A stretch of 64,000 nt of DNA from Isurus oxyrinchus (GCA_026770705.1 JANJGN010000152.1:186001-250000); one strand, 5' to 3'. Shown: positions 49,652-63,508, counted from the stretch's first letter. Numbers and translations are program-made. The notes: generated by a model not told the origin, from the letters alone.

Positions 49652-50359
49652 TTTAGAATCATTGGTATCAAGGGAATATTTGCATTTTAAAATAAACCAG
49701 ACTAGATTGTTTTCAAAAGAGGGCGTGAAATGTGTCACCTCGCTAGGTGTAGTTTAGAAAGAGTGTATTTGCATATTCCCAAAGATTACTGGTAAAACTT
49801 AGAGCTATGAGAGATTTTTTTTATTTTCAGAAAAATAAAGTCCAAAAACCTAGTGAAACAATGGAAGTTTTCATTCAAAGGGGAAAATATGCATAAAGGA
49901 GCAAAGACTGTGTGTAGGTTAGGCATTTTGAGGTCTAACAAGGGTGAGAAGCCTTCAGCATCTATGCCTCAAACTACTGTCTTCAGTGGACTGAAGCTAA
50001 AAGAACTCATTTTGAATTCGACTTGTTCAGGGTATCATGTTTCTTTGCCTGGGTCTTTTAAAATCTATGCATCTTATTATTGCCTTAACGAAAGTGTGAC
50101 TGGGAGTTAGATTAATTAGCGACGTTAGAAGTTAGCATAGTAGCAATTTGCAGATCTATGTATGTATTTAAGATTATTCCTCCTTTTAATAAGTTTTTAA
50201 TCTAGTTTTGTAAAAAAAGCTATAAGAATTGGTGGCCTTATTATTCCTGAATTCAAGGCATTCATCTCGAAATTTATGCAAACTGCAAACCAAGTTGTGT
50301 TTCAACGTCCCCTTTGGGATTTGAACAACTCTTCATTTAGCATCGGTAGTGTCATAACA
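49652..50359 (+). mobile_element. Possible solo LTR fragment
   Basis: Ends ..gtcataaca with an aataag signal upstream; no second LTR or TSD seen. Confidence 0.35.
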
Positions 50360-50924
50360 GCATCCAAATAAAATTTCATTGTTGACTTGTGTATAATCCA
50401 GCCCAGACACAGGGCTGTTCAAGTTTCACTGATAGGCATTGGTTTGAGCCATAGGTCAGATGTTGACATTTGACCATCGAGGGCCAGGGGTCAAATGCAT
50501 CACAAACAGGTGGGATAAATGTTTCCACCCTCTTCTGGTGCAGCAGGCCTGTCCTGGGTTGTATCAGTTGTCAGTGCAGGCTGAAATTTCCATACTCTGA
50601 TACATTTCCATAGTATAAACACAAACTGCAAACAAATGTTGACCGTCCATGGCAACCAACCCGCGATATACAAAGCAATCATTCACTGCTAAGCATTTTG
50701 TTCTTATCTTTGATGTTTGTGATCTGCAAAGTAATATCAAACTCTCTGCATCTTTCCAGCTATCTGTCGATTTAGCCATCTCGCCTGTGATCGACAGGTA
50801 TTGATCAATCTTTGCTCATTATTTATCTTTGCATCAACGTTTTCCTCCATATTTTGTTTCTATTTACTTTTGTGTCAGCTATCTATCTCAAAGCTAAATA
50901 ATTTACTGTCGCTCTATCTATCTT

Positions 50925-50926
50925 AT

Positions 50927-50968
<42 letters not shown>

Positions 50969-51245
50969 TTCGTATCTCCCTATTTAATTAACTATTTTCA
51001 TGTTATCTATTTTATATCAATCAATTTATCTATTAATATTTACCTATGCATCACGCTTCAAGCTGCCTATCTATGTACAAGCTGTGGTGGAAGTGCTGAT
51101 GGAGAGTGATACATTGTTAGACAGAGAGAAGGAGAGGGAGAGGGAAGGAAAGGGAGAGAGAGGGAGAGAAAGGGGGAGAGAGTGAGTGAGGGAGAGAGAG
51201 AAAGAGAGAGAGAGAGAGACAGAGGGACAGAGCGACAGAGAGAGA
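50925..51245. repeat. (TA)n and (GA)n microsatellites
   Basis: Direct. Confidence 0.9.
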
Positions 51246-51359
51246 GTTGGTTTATAGGAGGACAAGAAATGGAAATTTCAGTGAAGAGCCTGTCAGGTCT
51301 TTAGAGTCCATAATAATACGACTAGTGTCAGGGAGGAGGTAGGGCAAGAGGGTTGCACA

Positions 51360-51720
51360 TCACGTTGTACTGATACTGATCTACTGCAGGATCAGAGCAA
51401 AAGACTGCAATAATGTAATGAGTGAGACGGCAGCGAGTGGAAGAGGGCAAGAGGATTGAATCTAAGGTTGCACTGATTCCTTGTTTACTGCAGGACCAGG
51501 CCAAGAGTCCCTAATAATGTAATGAGTGAGACGGGGGAGGGGGACGGGGTTGGGGGGGGGATTGGGCAGAAGGCACGAGGATTGAATCTCAGGTTGTACT
51601 GACGCCTTGTCAACTGCTGGTTGGAACTGGGGTCCTGCATTTGTATTAACGCAGGAGGGATCTTTGTCAATGGACATCTCATTGAGTATTGGCAATTGAT
51701 CTACTGCAGAATGAATTAAT
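51360..51720. repeat. Imperfect tandem duplication (~105-120 bp)
   Basis: taatgtaatgagtgagacgg..gaggattgaatct..ggttg(c/t)actga repeated. Confidence 0.7.
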
Positions 51721-52129
51721 CTCGATCTCTCTCTTTCCCTGTAGTACAGTAAATGTGTTATTTGCAAGTAAAAGTTCTGTTTTGAAAGTTACTCTCCAAT
51801 TTGCTTCCAACTCTCCCAGATAGTGCTTCCTACAGTAAAACAAGTCGATGCCTCAGAATTGCCTCTTCGTCTGAAATATTTTGCTTTTTTGCTCAAGTTC
51901 ATATTCAGCATCCTTTGGTTGTTGATCCTCCACCGCTGTTAAAAATAAAATGTTTATAATTGGTCTATCAATCCCCTGTGTAATTTTAAATACCCCTATA
52001 ACCTATCGACGTGGCAAGCTTGACTCAGTGGTAAATCTCGGACCTCTGATGACTGAGAGTGGGCTATTCATGCCACGTGCAATGGATTTGAGCGTGTGAT
52101 CTAAGGTACTGCTGGACTCTGAGATGCTT

Positions 52130-53980
52130 CATTGAACGTTTGGGGGAGTTGATGTCCCAGAGGAGTCAAGGACAGAATATATTTGGCTAAAGCTAATAAA
52201 CGATAAATTTACCATTAAGTTGCTTGTTGAATGCTATAGGCCGCCCAGTATTTGGAAAGATAAAGATAAACAAATTTGCAAGTAAATTGAAGAGAACGGG
52301 GAGATTAATAAAGGATGAGGTATCGAACTCTGGGAGAGAGACTGCGAGGTTCTTAAGCAACTTGATATAGGGAGTGGCAAGGTATTGGAGGTGTTGGCAG
52401 ACTTAAATGTGGACAAATCTCCAGGTCCGGATGATTTGTGTCTCAGACTGTGGAGGGAGGCAAGGAAGGCGATCGCAGGGACTCTGACCCAAATTTTTAA
52501 TTCCTCTCTGGACACGGGGGAGGTACCAGAGGACAGGAGAACAGCTAATGTGGTTCCACTATTTAAGAAGGGCTGTAGAATTAAGCTAGGGAACGACAGG
52601 CCAGTGAGCCTCACGTCAGTGGTAAGGAAACTATTGGATAAAATTTTGGAGGAGGGAATCTATCTCCACTTGGAATGGCAAGGGTTGATCAGGGACAGTC
52701 AGCTTGGCTTTGTCGGAGGGAGGTCATGCCTAACAAATTTGATTGGATTTTTTGAGGCGGTGACCTGGTGTGTCGATCAGGGTCGTGCAGTTGATGTAGT
52801 TTATATGGATTTCAGCAAAGCCTTTGACAAGTTCCTACATAAGAGGCTTATAAAGAAGGCAAATGCACATGGGATACAGGGTAATTTGATAAGGTGGATT
52901 CAAAATTTATTTAGCTGTAGGAGACAGTGGGTGATGACGGAAGGATGCTTTCCTGACTGGAAGCTAATGTCCAGTGGCATACCACGGGGCTCTGTGCTGG
53001 GTCCCCTATTATTTGTCATTTATATAAACGACATAGATGACTAAATGGGAGGTAGGATTAGTAAGTTTGCGGATGACACAAAGATTGGCTGGATGGTTAA
53101 CAGTGAGGTTGAGTGTCTTGGGTTATAGTATCATATAGGCGGGATGATCAAATGGGCAGATAAGTGGCAGATGGAATTTAACCCTGAAAAGTGTGAGGTG
53201 AAACACTTTGGAAGGAGCAATTTGACAAGGTAGCATTAAATGAACGGCATGACACTAGAAAGTTCTGAGGAACAAAGGGACCTTGCCGTGTGTGTCGATA
53301 GGTCTCTGAAGGCAGAGGGGGATGTTAGTGGGGTAGTGAAAAAGGCATATGGGACTCTTGCCTTTAACAATCCAGGCATAAATTACAAAAGTAGGGAGGT
53401 CATGTTGGAGTTGTACAGAACCTTGTTGAGGCCACAGCTGGAGCACTATGTGCAGTTCTGGTCGCCACATTATAGGAAAGATGCGATTGCACTGGAGGGG
53501 GTGCAGAGGTGATTCACCAGGATGTTGCCTGGGGTGAAATATTTAAGTTATGAAGAGAATTGGATAGACTTGTTTTCGTTGGAGCAGAGAAGACTGAGGG
53601 GCGACCTGATCGAGGTGTACAAGAGTATAAGGGTCATGGAGAGGGCGGATAGGGAGCAGCTGTTCCCGTTAGTTGAAAAGTCAGTCACGAGTGTACATAA
53701 GCTCAAGGTGACAGGCAAGAGGTTTAGCGGGGATGTGAGGAAAAGCCTTTTTACCCAGAGGGTGGTGACGGTCTGGAATGCATTGCCTGGGAGGGTGGTG
53801 GAGGCGGGTTGTCTGACATCCTTTAAAAAGTGCCTGGATGAGCACTTGGCACGTCATTACATTCAAGGTTATTGGCCAACTGCTGGTAAATGGGATTAGA
53901 TCGGTAGGTCAGGTGTTTTTCACGTGTCGGTGCGGACTCGATGGGCTGAAGGGCATCTTCTGCACTGTGTGATTCTGTGA
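52130..53980 (+). mobile_element. CR1 LINE ORF2 (RT) with internal deletion
   Basis: KSPGPD, RPVSLTSV, DFSKAFDK, GSVLGPLLFVIYIND, KFADDTK. Confidence 0.95.
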
Positions 53981-53994
53981 GTTTACAATTGCCG

Positions 53995-54720
53995 AATATA
54001 GCCTGTTTCTGCCTCCACTTCACCAACAGTATTTATCACCATCAGGGATTTTTCCAACAAAATACCCGCACCATCAGTAAGACTGCCATCTTCCACAACC
54101 ATAGCAATATCCGTCTCATCCACAGTCTCAGCTCATCTGCTGATGGAAAGCCATCTATGCCTTTGCTACTTATAGTTTTGACTACTGCAACGTGTCCCTG
54201 GCCGGTTTCCCACGTTCTGCCATCCATAGACTTAGCCTCATCTAGTACTCTGCCTGCTGCCCAAGCCGTAACTCGCACCAAGTCTCATTCATTCATCATC
54301 TCTTGTGCCTGCTAATCTACATTGGCTCTCGGTTGAGCAGCACTTCATTCTGAGAATTCTCATCCTTATTTTTAAATTTCTATATGACGTCCCCTCCCTC
54401 TGCCTGTAACTCTCTCCAGTTATAATGCGCTTGCATATATCTGCACTCTTGCAAGCCTAACAATTTGTACATTCCCCATTTTAATGACTCCACCATCGGC
54501 GACTGTGACTTCAGCTGCCAAGGCAATGAACTACACAATTCCCTTCCCCTCTACCTCTCTTTATCTCCTTCAGAGGCTTCTTGAAACCTATCCCTTTGAC
54601 TAATGGCTTTACCTTCTGCAATGATATTTTCTTATTTACCTCGCTATTAAATTTAGTGAGAACACTCACATGAAATGTGTTTGATATATTGATACTCTGA
54701 AGGCGCTGTATAAATGCTCA
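53995..54720 (+). mobile_element. L2-type LINE 3' fragment
   Basis: ..TISKTAIFH..; ctacattggctctcggttgagcag motif. Confidence 0.7.
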
Positions 54721-55319
54721 GTTTTGAGAGACAATAAATTAGTTCTAGTTGGTGTTGGTTCATACATTTTAACTTCTCTTTGGCAAAAACAAAAAGACAG
54801 GAATAATCGGTTTCACATTAACATACAGGTTTTATTGGCTATGGATCCTATAATTACAACTACAACATTCATCAATCAAAGAACACTTCACAGTAAACTC
54901 CAACAGCCCATGAAACAAACAGACAATGAAAATTAACATCTATGTTGACAAACCAGTCGTGTTTCCCCTGAAGAAGCTACTAATTACTGAATCGTTCAAG
55001 TTGAACACATGCAAGTGTCTATGTAGAGAAACCGAGACATCAACCAACAGCGAATAGAAAATAAGCGGTGCAAATTCCAATCTAATCCTTATGCCCTATA
55101 TTTATTTCCCATATGCCTGCATTAATTGCAAACAAATCTCGCTGGTCACTCTATTCTCATTGGCGATTATTAATTCCACTCTTACTCTACGACACATTCT
55201 GCCCCTCCAGCACTGCATTAATTAGAACGAAGCACATCGAATATTTCATCCTCATGGCCATGTATTAATAACAAAGCAATCTCGCAGATCACGCTCTGCC
55301 ACAGCCCCGTAGTTCTCTC

Positions 55320-55930
55320 ACTATGAATCACAGGTGGGATAACCACCACCTGGAGGTTCCCCACCAAGCCACTCACCATCCTGACTTGGAAATATTTGGC
55401 CATTCCTTCACTGTCGTTGGGCCAAAATCCAGCATTTATTTCCCATCCCTAATTGCACTTCAGAAGGAGGTGGTGAGCTGCTTTCTTGACCAGCTGCAGC
55501 CCTTGTGGTGTAGGTACATTCACATTGCTATTGGGGAGGGAGTTCCACGAATTTAATCCAGCAACAGCAAAGGAACGGCGATAAGTTTCCAACTCAGGAT
55601 GGTGAATGACTTGGAGGGGATGTTCTACGTGGTCATGCTCCCATATATCTGCTGCCTTTGTCTTTCTAGATGGTAGTGGTCGTGGGCTGGAAGTTGTTGT
55701 CTAAGGAGCCTTAGAGAATTCCCGGAGTGCATCTTGTAGATGCTCCACACTGCTGCTACTATGGTGGTGGAGGGAGTCAATGTTTGTGGTTGTGGTGTCA
55801 TTCAAGTGGGCTGCTTTGTCCTGGACGGTGTCAAGCTTCTTGAGTGTTTTGGAAGCTGCACTTATCCAGGCAGGTGGGGAGTATTACATCATACTCCTGA
55901 CTTGTGTAGATGGTGGACAGGCTCTGAGGA
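55320..55930. mobile_element. Non-LTR retrotransposon 3' fragments in both orientations
   Basis: Same family as 26878 and 61440. Confidence 0.7.
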
Positions 55931-56689
55931 GCTTTTCAAAAACAAATTTGGATTTTGAAAATTAACGTTTTGTCCCGCTCTCTCGACATAGCCCAGCATC
56001 AATTTTGAAGTAGACCCACACTATACCAACTCCCTGTAGCCCGATGTTAACCCAAAACAACTCTCAGGGCTCCCTCCCTACCCTATCAGCAATGGTCAAT
56101 CCCAAAATTAGTAAAAATAAACCTAATAATTTGTTTCCCTCTTTTTGTTTCTCTGGCCAGTTGCTGCATGCCCAATCTGGCAGCTATGTCATTCTGGACT
56201 CGGCAAGCTCAGTCAGTAGCGCTGCTGCCATCAGTCTTGTTCAGGGACATTGAAGACCATCACCCGACTATTTCCAATGTCGTTGTGTCCCTCAGCGCTT
56301 CTTCCACGTGGTGCTGAATACAGGGGGACATCGATTCACCAGTCGATAAAAGGACGTTTCATGATAATCAATAAACGGCTTCCTTAACCTCCCGGCTATA
56401 TATCAGTGTGCCGCAACCTCTGGGCAGTTTAGCTTGTTAGTGGGATAACACATACCCAGAAATGATGATGGAGGAGTCTGTAAGTACGCTAATGAGTAGT
56501 CTGTTGCTTGACTTTTTGGTAGGGCAGCTGTCCTAATTTTGTCACGAGCCCCCAGACGGTATAGAGAAAGACATAGCACGGTCGAATGGGCAGATTTTGC
56601 TTTTGTCTTTTCTGGTGTCTAGGTCGATATCCGGCTTTATTCCTTTTGAACTTTCTGCAGTGGTTTGGTACCACTGAGTGGCCTGTTGA

Positions 56690-56990
56690 CGAATTTCCAA
56701 GGGCAGCTGAAAGTCACCCACATTGCTCTGGGGTTGGAATCACATGTAGCTCAGACAAAGTAAGGACGGCAAATTCCCTTCCCTAAGAAATATTAGTGAA
56801 CTAGAAGATTTTGTTTGAATGACAATCCGACAGGTTTCATGGCCACCATTAATGAGGTTTGCTTTTGAGCCCAGGTTTAATAATTATTTGAATTTAAATG
56901 TCTCCAGTCGCTGTGGATGGATTTGAACTCAAGTCCCAAGAGCATTAATCTGGGTGAGTGGATTAGTAATCCAATAATATTGACTCAGGT
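56690..56990 (-). mobile_element. Shark tRNA-derived SINE
   Basis: gtaaggacggcaaattcccttccc..ggatttgaactc, reverse complement of the SINE at 6990. Confidence 0.65.
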
Positions 56991-57022
56991 CAATATGGGC
57001 TCTGCCGTCCCTGCACCACGTG

Positions 57023-58014
57023 TTACTGGCGTGCTCTACAGCAACCCGCCTTCCATTGAAAAGTTTGGGACCTGAAAATGTAGAGCAGTGGATTAAGGAT
57101 GGTGTTCAGGAAACTGATGGCCCAGGTATACGGACGAACATTACAAATGTACCAACTCACGGTTTCTTTTGTGGGATCCAGCAGGCTCTTCAGAATAAAA
57201 GACATTTCAGTGACGTGATATAGGGCAACACAGATAAGCAGAAGAGCCAACATTGCCCAAATGGTTCTCAGCACTTTCTTCTTCATCATTTCCATAGATT
57301 CCTTCCCAGTTCCCACTTCACTCAGTTTATTTGCACTCAGGGCATAGCAGGTCAAAAGGATTAGGATTGGGATGAAAAACACCACAATTTCTGGGCACAG
57401 CATAAGCACCAGTTTCTGCTCCCAGGCTGAAACCTGAGTACTGCATGTAAATGAGTTGCCCAACGGGCTTCTTGCAAGGAAAAAGACCACCAAGCTCAGG
57501 GTGAGCATCGTCAGCCAAGCTGCTATTGACAGAACAACGTAATATCTGGGCTTTCTCCAGGCATGAAACTTGATGGGGTTGACAACAGCGATGTACTGGT
57601 CAATAGCAATGCAGGTCATGAAGAATGGTCTGCCATAAAGGCTGATTATGTTCGTCCAATGACGAAATAGTCAAGTAGTTGTACTGAAATAAATGAATGT
57701 ATAATTTTCAGAATGGTAATTGCAGAAGCCAGGATTATAAAGATGTTCATGCTGATTAAGTCCAGAAGGAGGACATCAGTGGGCGATGAGATTTTCTTTC
57801 CTTTGATATGCCATAGTGCAACTGAGTTCGCAGTGATACCCAGTAGGAAGCATGGGCCGAGAAAAATGGGAATGACAAGCAAGTGCATCATGAAAGTGAC
57901 CTCTTCAGCGTTGCCCATCGAGGCTCCAAGGCTAGCACTTCCAGTCTGAATGGTTGAGTTGATTTCCAACCAGGTTCGGGTGACTGTTACATTCCAGGTC
58001 ACAAAAAAAGCCAT
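57023..58014 (-). pseudogene. P2Y/LPAR6-like class A GPCR, single coding exon, one frameshift
   Basis: TM1-2 in ORF 58014-57646 (LLGITANSVALW..DVLLLDL); TM3-7 in shifted frame (SLYGRPFFMTCIAIDQYIAVVNP..FFIP..LNTILNPLLYIF); frameshift near 57660; DRY>DQY. Confidence 0.85.
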
Positions 58015-58411
58015 TGGTGTTCTGACAAAAATGTAGAACAGCCAATCAAAAAACGTGGAGTAACTTCCAGCAGATATTGCCCAATCACGGTTGAGATTGC
58101 AGTCTCAGCTTATTGGTTTTTGAAGGAATAAACTGGATCTCAATGTCATTAAGCCTCTCTCAGTGGTTCAGTTCGCATGAAGATCCCATCAGAAAACAGT
58201 GGAAACCAATTCTGCCAAGCGATTCCTCTGGCAACTGGTTACAGGATTCCAAAGATTGTGAAGGACTCAGAAGCCTGAAAATGGACATATATGCAGAAAG
58301 CTGTTGAATTGTGAAATTTCCTGTATTGCGAATATGAGAAAGTTGGATAAATCTCTCAATGTCTTTCAGTGAACCTCTCTCGGGGATATATCTGCCTATT
58401 ATCTATCCATT

Positions 58412-58848
58412 AGGGTTTAGAAGAATGAGTGGTGAACTCATTGAAATATATAACATTTTAAGGGGACTTGACAGGGTTGATGCCTAGAGGGTGTTTCCTC
58501 TTGTGGGAGAGACTAAAACGAGGGGACATGGTTTAAAAAACTAAGCGATTTACCTTTTAAGACAGAGATGAGGACATTACCTTTCTCCCAGAGGTTCGTT
58601 CGTCTGTGGAATTCTCTTCTTGAGAAAGTAGTCGATGCTGCATCTTTAAATTTATTCAAGGCTGAGTTAGATAGATTTCTGATGCACAAGGTAGTCAAGA
58701 GATATGGGCGGAAGACAGGAAGTTGGAGCTGACAGCAAGGTGGTGCTGACAGCATAACCAGATCTGCCAGGATCATATTGATTAGCGGAGCAGGCTCAAA
58801 GGGCCATATCGCCAGCTCCTGCTCCTAAGTCATCTGTTCCTATGTTCC
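58412..58848 (+). mobile_element. CR1 3' fragment
   Basis: tttagaagaatgag..gcggagcaggctcaaagggcc. Confidence 0.85.
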
Positions 58849-59499
58849 CATTAACTGCACTATCGATGGCCACACCCTCAAACAGATGTTGTGTAGTGAA
58901 AGGTGCATCTCAGGGAGATATCTGTGCGTTGAAATGGGTCTTTCGTTGCTGCAACACTGACCTTTACACATATATATATATATACATTGCCTATAAATTA
59001 TCTGCCTTTTTATTCCCTTAGTATTCCTTCTTTTCTTCACACTCATCTCGTTACTGTCACTCTTCTTGTCTCCTCGGAATCATAGTAGCTGAGAATCTAA
59101 ATGTTTAACAACTGCTCATGGAGATGGGCATCGCTGTGGAAAAATCACAAATTTAATCCAAAAGCTCAATCTAGTGTAGAATCTGTCACTGTCTTGTGTA
59201 TGTCTATATCTAACATGTATTTTCCTTGCTCCATCTTTCCCTTTCTTCCCCTATCTTTCTTCCCTCACTCGCCGTATGTTGAGCTCTCTATCTCACTTTC
59301 TCAGTTTCCCTGTCTCTAAAATTGCTCTGCTCACCTCAATGCTATTCTATCTTCTTTTTCATTCAATTTTTCGCTTTATCTCTTTCTTGGACTTTGCGTC
59401 TGCCTCTCTTCTCCCCTCTCTGCACTTCATTCTCTGCGTCTTGCTCACTAAAAATTGTTTGTTAATTTATCTCTTCTTATCCCTACTTACTCTCTAAAT

Positions 59500-59606
59500 T
59501 TCTGTGTCTTTCTCTCTGTTTCTGTCCCTCTCTCCTTCTCCCTGTCTCTCACAGTCTCTCAGTCTCTCTCTCTCTGTCTTTCTCTCTATGCCTCTCTCTC
59601 TCTCTC

Positions 59607-59645
<39 letters not shown>
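59500..59645. repeat. (CT)n/(TA)n microsatellite
   Basis: Direct. Confidence 0.9.
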
Positions 59646-59647
<2 letters not shown>

Positions 59648-61074
59648 AAACGCATATTTATTTTTTTTCTCACTGCACTCTGTTCACTTTTTTCAGACAC
59701 TCTTTTTGTCATGAATTTATTTCCCGCTCACTATCTGTGTGTGATGTTTGCACCTCCCTCTGATTAACGGCCAAGTGGTGATGCTTCATTTTCAGTCTGT
59801 TTACCTTTCTTTGTCAACAGGAGTTTCCATTTTACACCATTAACCATTCTGCCCGACATGATGTCAAATTCTTCAATTTTGCTAAATATTAACCGAGAGA
59901 TCAGAACGCACCAAGGCACAACTGGTAACATCAACAATCCTGTGCACTTTCAGCTTCCTTTCCCACAATCTATCCACCTATCGGTCCTCTCAAATCACAC
60001 ATTTCCATTCGCTGCACCACATTCTGGATTCCCAGCCATTTTAGCCAAGCCATGCTCCCTGCTTATCAATGTCTGCTCTCCGCTCACCCATGTCTGAATT
60101 CCTCGCACCCATCCCAGCTTTAGTCCACAGGCCTGCATCCTGCTTATCCGCTCCTGCTTATTCATCTCCACTTTCCGTTTGCCCACACAAGCGCTCTGCT
60201 CAGGAATCCCTCACTCATCCTGCTCTTGAACCACCCATCCCCTCTCTCTATCATTGGCAGTGACCATCCCAGCATAGACCTACCTTTTAACCTGCTGAAA
60301 GTGCCACTCACCTCCCGCTTCTTCTTAATCGCTGAGTATTGGAAAGAAGTGTTTCGCCCCCCTTGCACATCGACTGTGCTGGAGTCGGGGAATGTCCAAA
60401 TGGTATACAAATTAACCTGTTATTGCAGTGGACAATCGGTTTGAATGCAAGTGGGAAGCGAGAGGCTTCAGGCCATCCTTCAGGCAACTTGCAAAAGGTG
60501 CAAGCAGTTGTTGGGATTCGTTATCTTTTACAGCTCCTGATCTGCAGTTGGTGCAATTACTCTACTCGTCCATGACATGAGAAACTCAGGCTCCTCCCAC
60601 TCCTACATTGAAATGATTGCTGATCTCCATCTCAATGTAAATCAATTATTGTGGAGCTGGTGGCTTATTGTCAACTCACCCCTGGGATTAGAGTTTTAAC
60701 CCGGCTGTAGACAGAGAGGATGGAGTTCTCCTCTCTCTCCTGCGTGACTGCTTTGGATAGAGAAACAGGCAATGACTTTACACCCTCTTTGCCCTGGGAT
60801 CAGCTGAGATTCCCGTCACCTTGCCTCCTTTCATTTTCTCTATTGCAGGCCCTGTAGCACATATGCTGTCATTATGCAATAAAATTCCCAATACTGGCAG
60901 GCCACCTAATCCTATTATATTGTTCGAGACCCTGACGTCCAGTTTCACCGTTCAACATATCAGGTGTTACTCCACACTGGGGTTTCCAAACCCTTAGGGC
61001 GACACTCAGACTTTTGCATGTTCTCCACAATGACTGCAAACAGAACTGTTTGACCATGGAGCGGGTGCATTGGC

Positions 61075-61360
61075 ACAGTTGTATATGACTTGGCTAGTAT
61101 TTCAGAAACCCAGAATGGCGCGCTGGGGACTCAGGTTCGTATCCCACCACAATCAATAATAGAATGAAACGTCTGATAATGACCACGTGCTATGCCAGTT
61201 GCCTGTTTCATTAATGTCCGCTCCACAGGGCAATCTGCTGCCCTTACTAGGGCTGGCTTGCATATGATTTCAAATTCATAGCAATGTGGTTAGTTCTTAA
61301 ATGCCCTTGGGCAATTCATGATGGGTAATAAATTGTGGTTCCGGCATCCCATGAGTAAAA
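61075..61360 (+). mobile_element. Shark tRNA-derived SINE
   Basis: ggttcgtatccc B-box, aatctgctgcccttac, tail gggcaattcatgatgggtaataaa. Confidence 0.65.
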
Positions 61361-61429
61361 AAGCTCAAAGTGACTGGGTGCCCTTGGTTACTTTTCTAAT
61401 TAGCATACCATTTTTAAAAATTTGTTCAC

Positions 61430-62015
61430 GGAATCTGGATGCCACTGACAAGGCCAGCATTCATTGCCCATCCCAAATTGCCCTTGAAAAGTTATTGTTG
61501 AGTTGCCTTCTTTAACCGCTTCGGTCCCTGTGATGTAGGCACTCCCATATTACTGTTGGGATGGGGGTTTTGATCCAGTGACAGTGAAGTGGCGGTACAT
61601 CTTCAAGCCAGGACGGTGTGCGGCTTGAAGTGAAACTTGTACGTGCTTCCATTGTCCACCTGGATGGCAGGTTTGGAAGGTGCTGTAGGCAGAGTCTTGT
61701 GATCTGTTGCAATTCATCTTATAGATGGTGCACACAGTTGCCACTGTGCTTTGATGGTGGAGAATGTGATTCTTTAAAAATGTGGTAGATGGCTGCCAAT
61801 CAAGAAGACTGCCTTATCAAGGTGTGAAATTCTTGAGTGTTGTTGGAGCTGCAATCATCCAGGCAAGTGGGGAGAACTCCATCACACTCAAGACTTGTGC
61901 TTTGTAGATGATGGCCAGGCTTTGTGGAGTCAGGAGGTGAGTTAGTCACTGCTGAAATCCCAGCCTCTGACCTACTCTTGTAGCTACGGTATTGATGAGG
62001 CTGGTGCACTCCAGC
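61430..62015 (-). mobile_element. Non-LTR retrotransposon 3' fragment
   Basis: Homologous to 26878-27108 plus shared tail. Confidence 0.75.
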
Positions 62016-62579
62016 TCCTGATAAATTTGTCCTTAGCCTGCTTATCTCTTCCCCCTGCTTACTAAACAAATTTTTTTAGATAGAATTACGAACTTCAAAA
62101 TAGACAGAGCGTATAGCTACCCGAAGGCCCTCCATATCTATAGCTCAGTGCACTCGGGGCATTAACTGGTAGAATTCTACACTAATTATACGCTTTTCAG
62201 TTTTAACGCTGCAAAAGGAAAGCTGCTTGGTAGAATTATTAGGAGTTTGACCTAGGATTGCTTGGATATAAATCTTTTTTTTACTGGATGCAGGCGTCCA
62301 TTATTAGCCACCCTAATTGTCCTTGTCAGCCTCAGCCATGTGCTGTGAGATTAGAGACGCAAGTAGTCCAAGTTTCTTCTAAATATTTAATAATGGGCAT
62401 TAGATTTGTAATCTGATTTCAAATTCCATCACCGGATGCGAACAGCGGTTCCTGGCATACTAACCCAGTGACAGCACCACTGCACCCTCGCCTTCCTCTC
62501 CCTGTTAGTGAAAATGTTAGACAGACTGAGCTTCTTCAGAGTTTCGAAGAATGGGGGGTGATTTAATTCAATATAAGTA

Positions 62580-63120
62580 TGAAGTATAAAAGCAAAAAAC
62601 TGCGGATGTTGGAAATCCAAAACAAAAACAAAAATACCCGGGAAAACTCAACAGGTCTGACAGCATCTGCGGAGAGGAACACAGTTAACGTTTCGAGTCC
62701 GAATGACTCTTCATCAGAACTAAGTAAAAATGGAAAAGAGGTGAAATATAAGTTGGTTTAAGGAGGTTGCGACAGGTAGAGCTGGAATGGGGGGCAGTGA
62801 TAGGTGGAGATTGCCCAAAGATTTCATAGACAAAAGGACAAAGAGGTGTAGACGGTGGTGATATTAGCTAAAGAATGTGATAATTGTGACATTAAGGGTA
62901 GAAAGCAGGATGAGCAAGGTATAGATAGCCCTAGTGAGGGTGGGGTGGGGGGAAGGGATCGAAATAGGCTAAAAGGAAGAGATAAAACAATGGATGGAAA
63001 TACATTTAAACATAATGGAAATAGGTGGGAAAAGAAAAATATAAATAAGGTATTGGAAAAAAGGGGGTTGGGAAAGGGGGTGGAGATGGGGAACAGAGAT
63101 CATGATCTAAAGTTGGTGAA
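62580..63120 (-). mobile_element. Penelope-like element terminal region
   Basis: gcaaaaaactgcggatgttggaaatcc end, homology to 41218 and 7345, hammerhead motif. Confidence 0.75.
62683..62721 (-). ncRNA. Minimal type-I hammerhead ribozyme motif
   Basis: Reverse complement AGTT-CTGATGA-A-GAGTC-attcg-GACTC-GAAA-CG-TT-AACT; perfect stems I and II; palindromic AACGTT at stem III. Confidence 0.8.
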
Positions 63121-63508
63121 GTATATAAGATTCTGAATGGTACTGACGAGGTGGATGTGGAAAGTATGTTCCCTCTGGTGGGTGAGTCCAGAACTAGGGG
63201 GCACTGGTTGAAAATTAGGGGTTGCCCTTTTAGGGCAGAGATGAGGAGTTTTTTTTCTCTCAGAGACTTATGTGACTTGGGAATTCTCTGCCTCCGACGG
63301 CAGTGGAGGTGGAGTTATTGATTTTTTTAAGGCAAGTGTACTTTGATTCTTGTTAGGCAAGGGAATCAAAGGTTATTGGGGATAAATGGGAATGTGGAAT
63401 TCTAAACACAAACAGATCAGCCATGGTCTTATTGAATGGTGGAGCAGGCTCGAGGGGCACAATGGCCTACTTCTGCTCCTAATTTGCATGTTCGTTTGTA
63501 TGTTCGTA
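63112..63508 (+). mobile_element. CR1 3' fragment
   Basis: VDVESMFPLVGESRTRGHWLKI..; 3'UTR gcaggctcgagggg..ggcctac. Confidence 0.9.
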
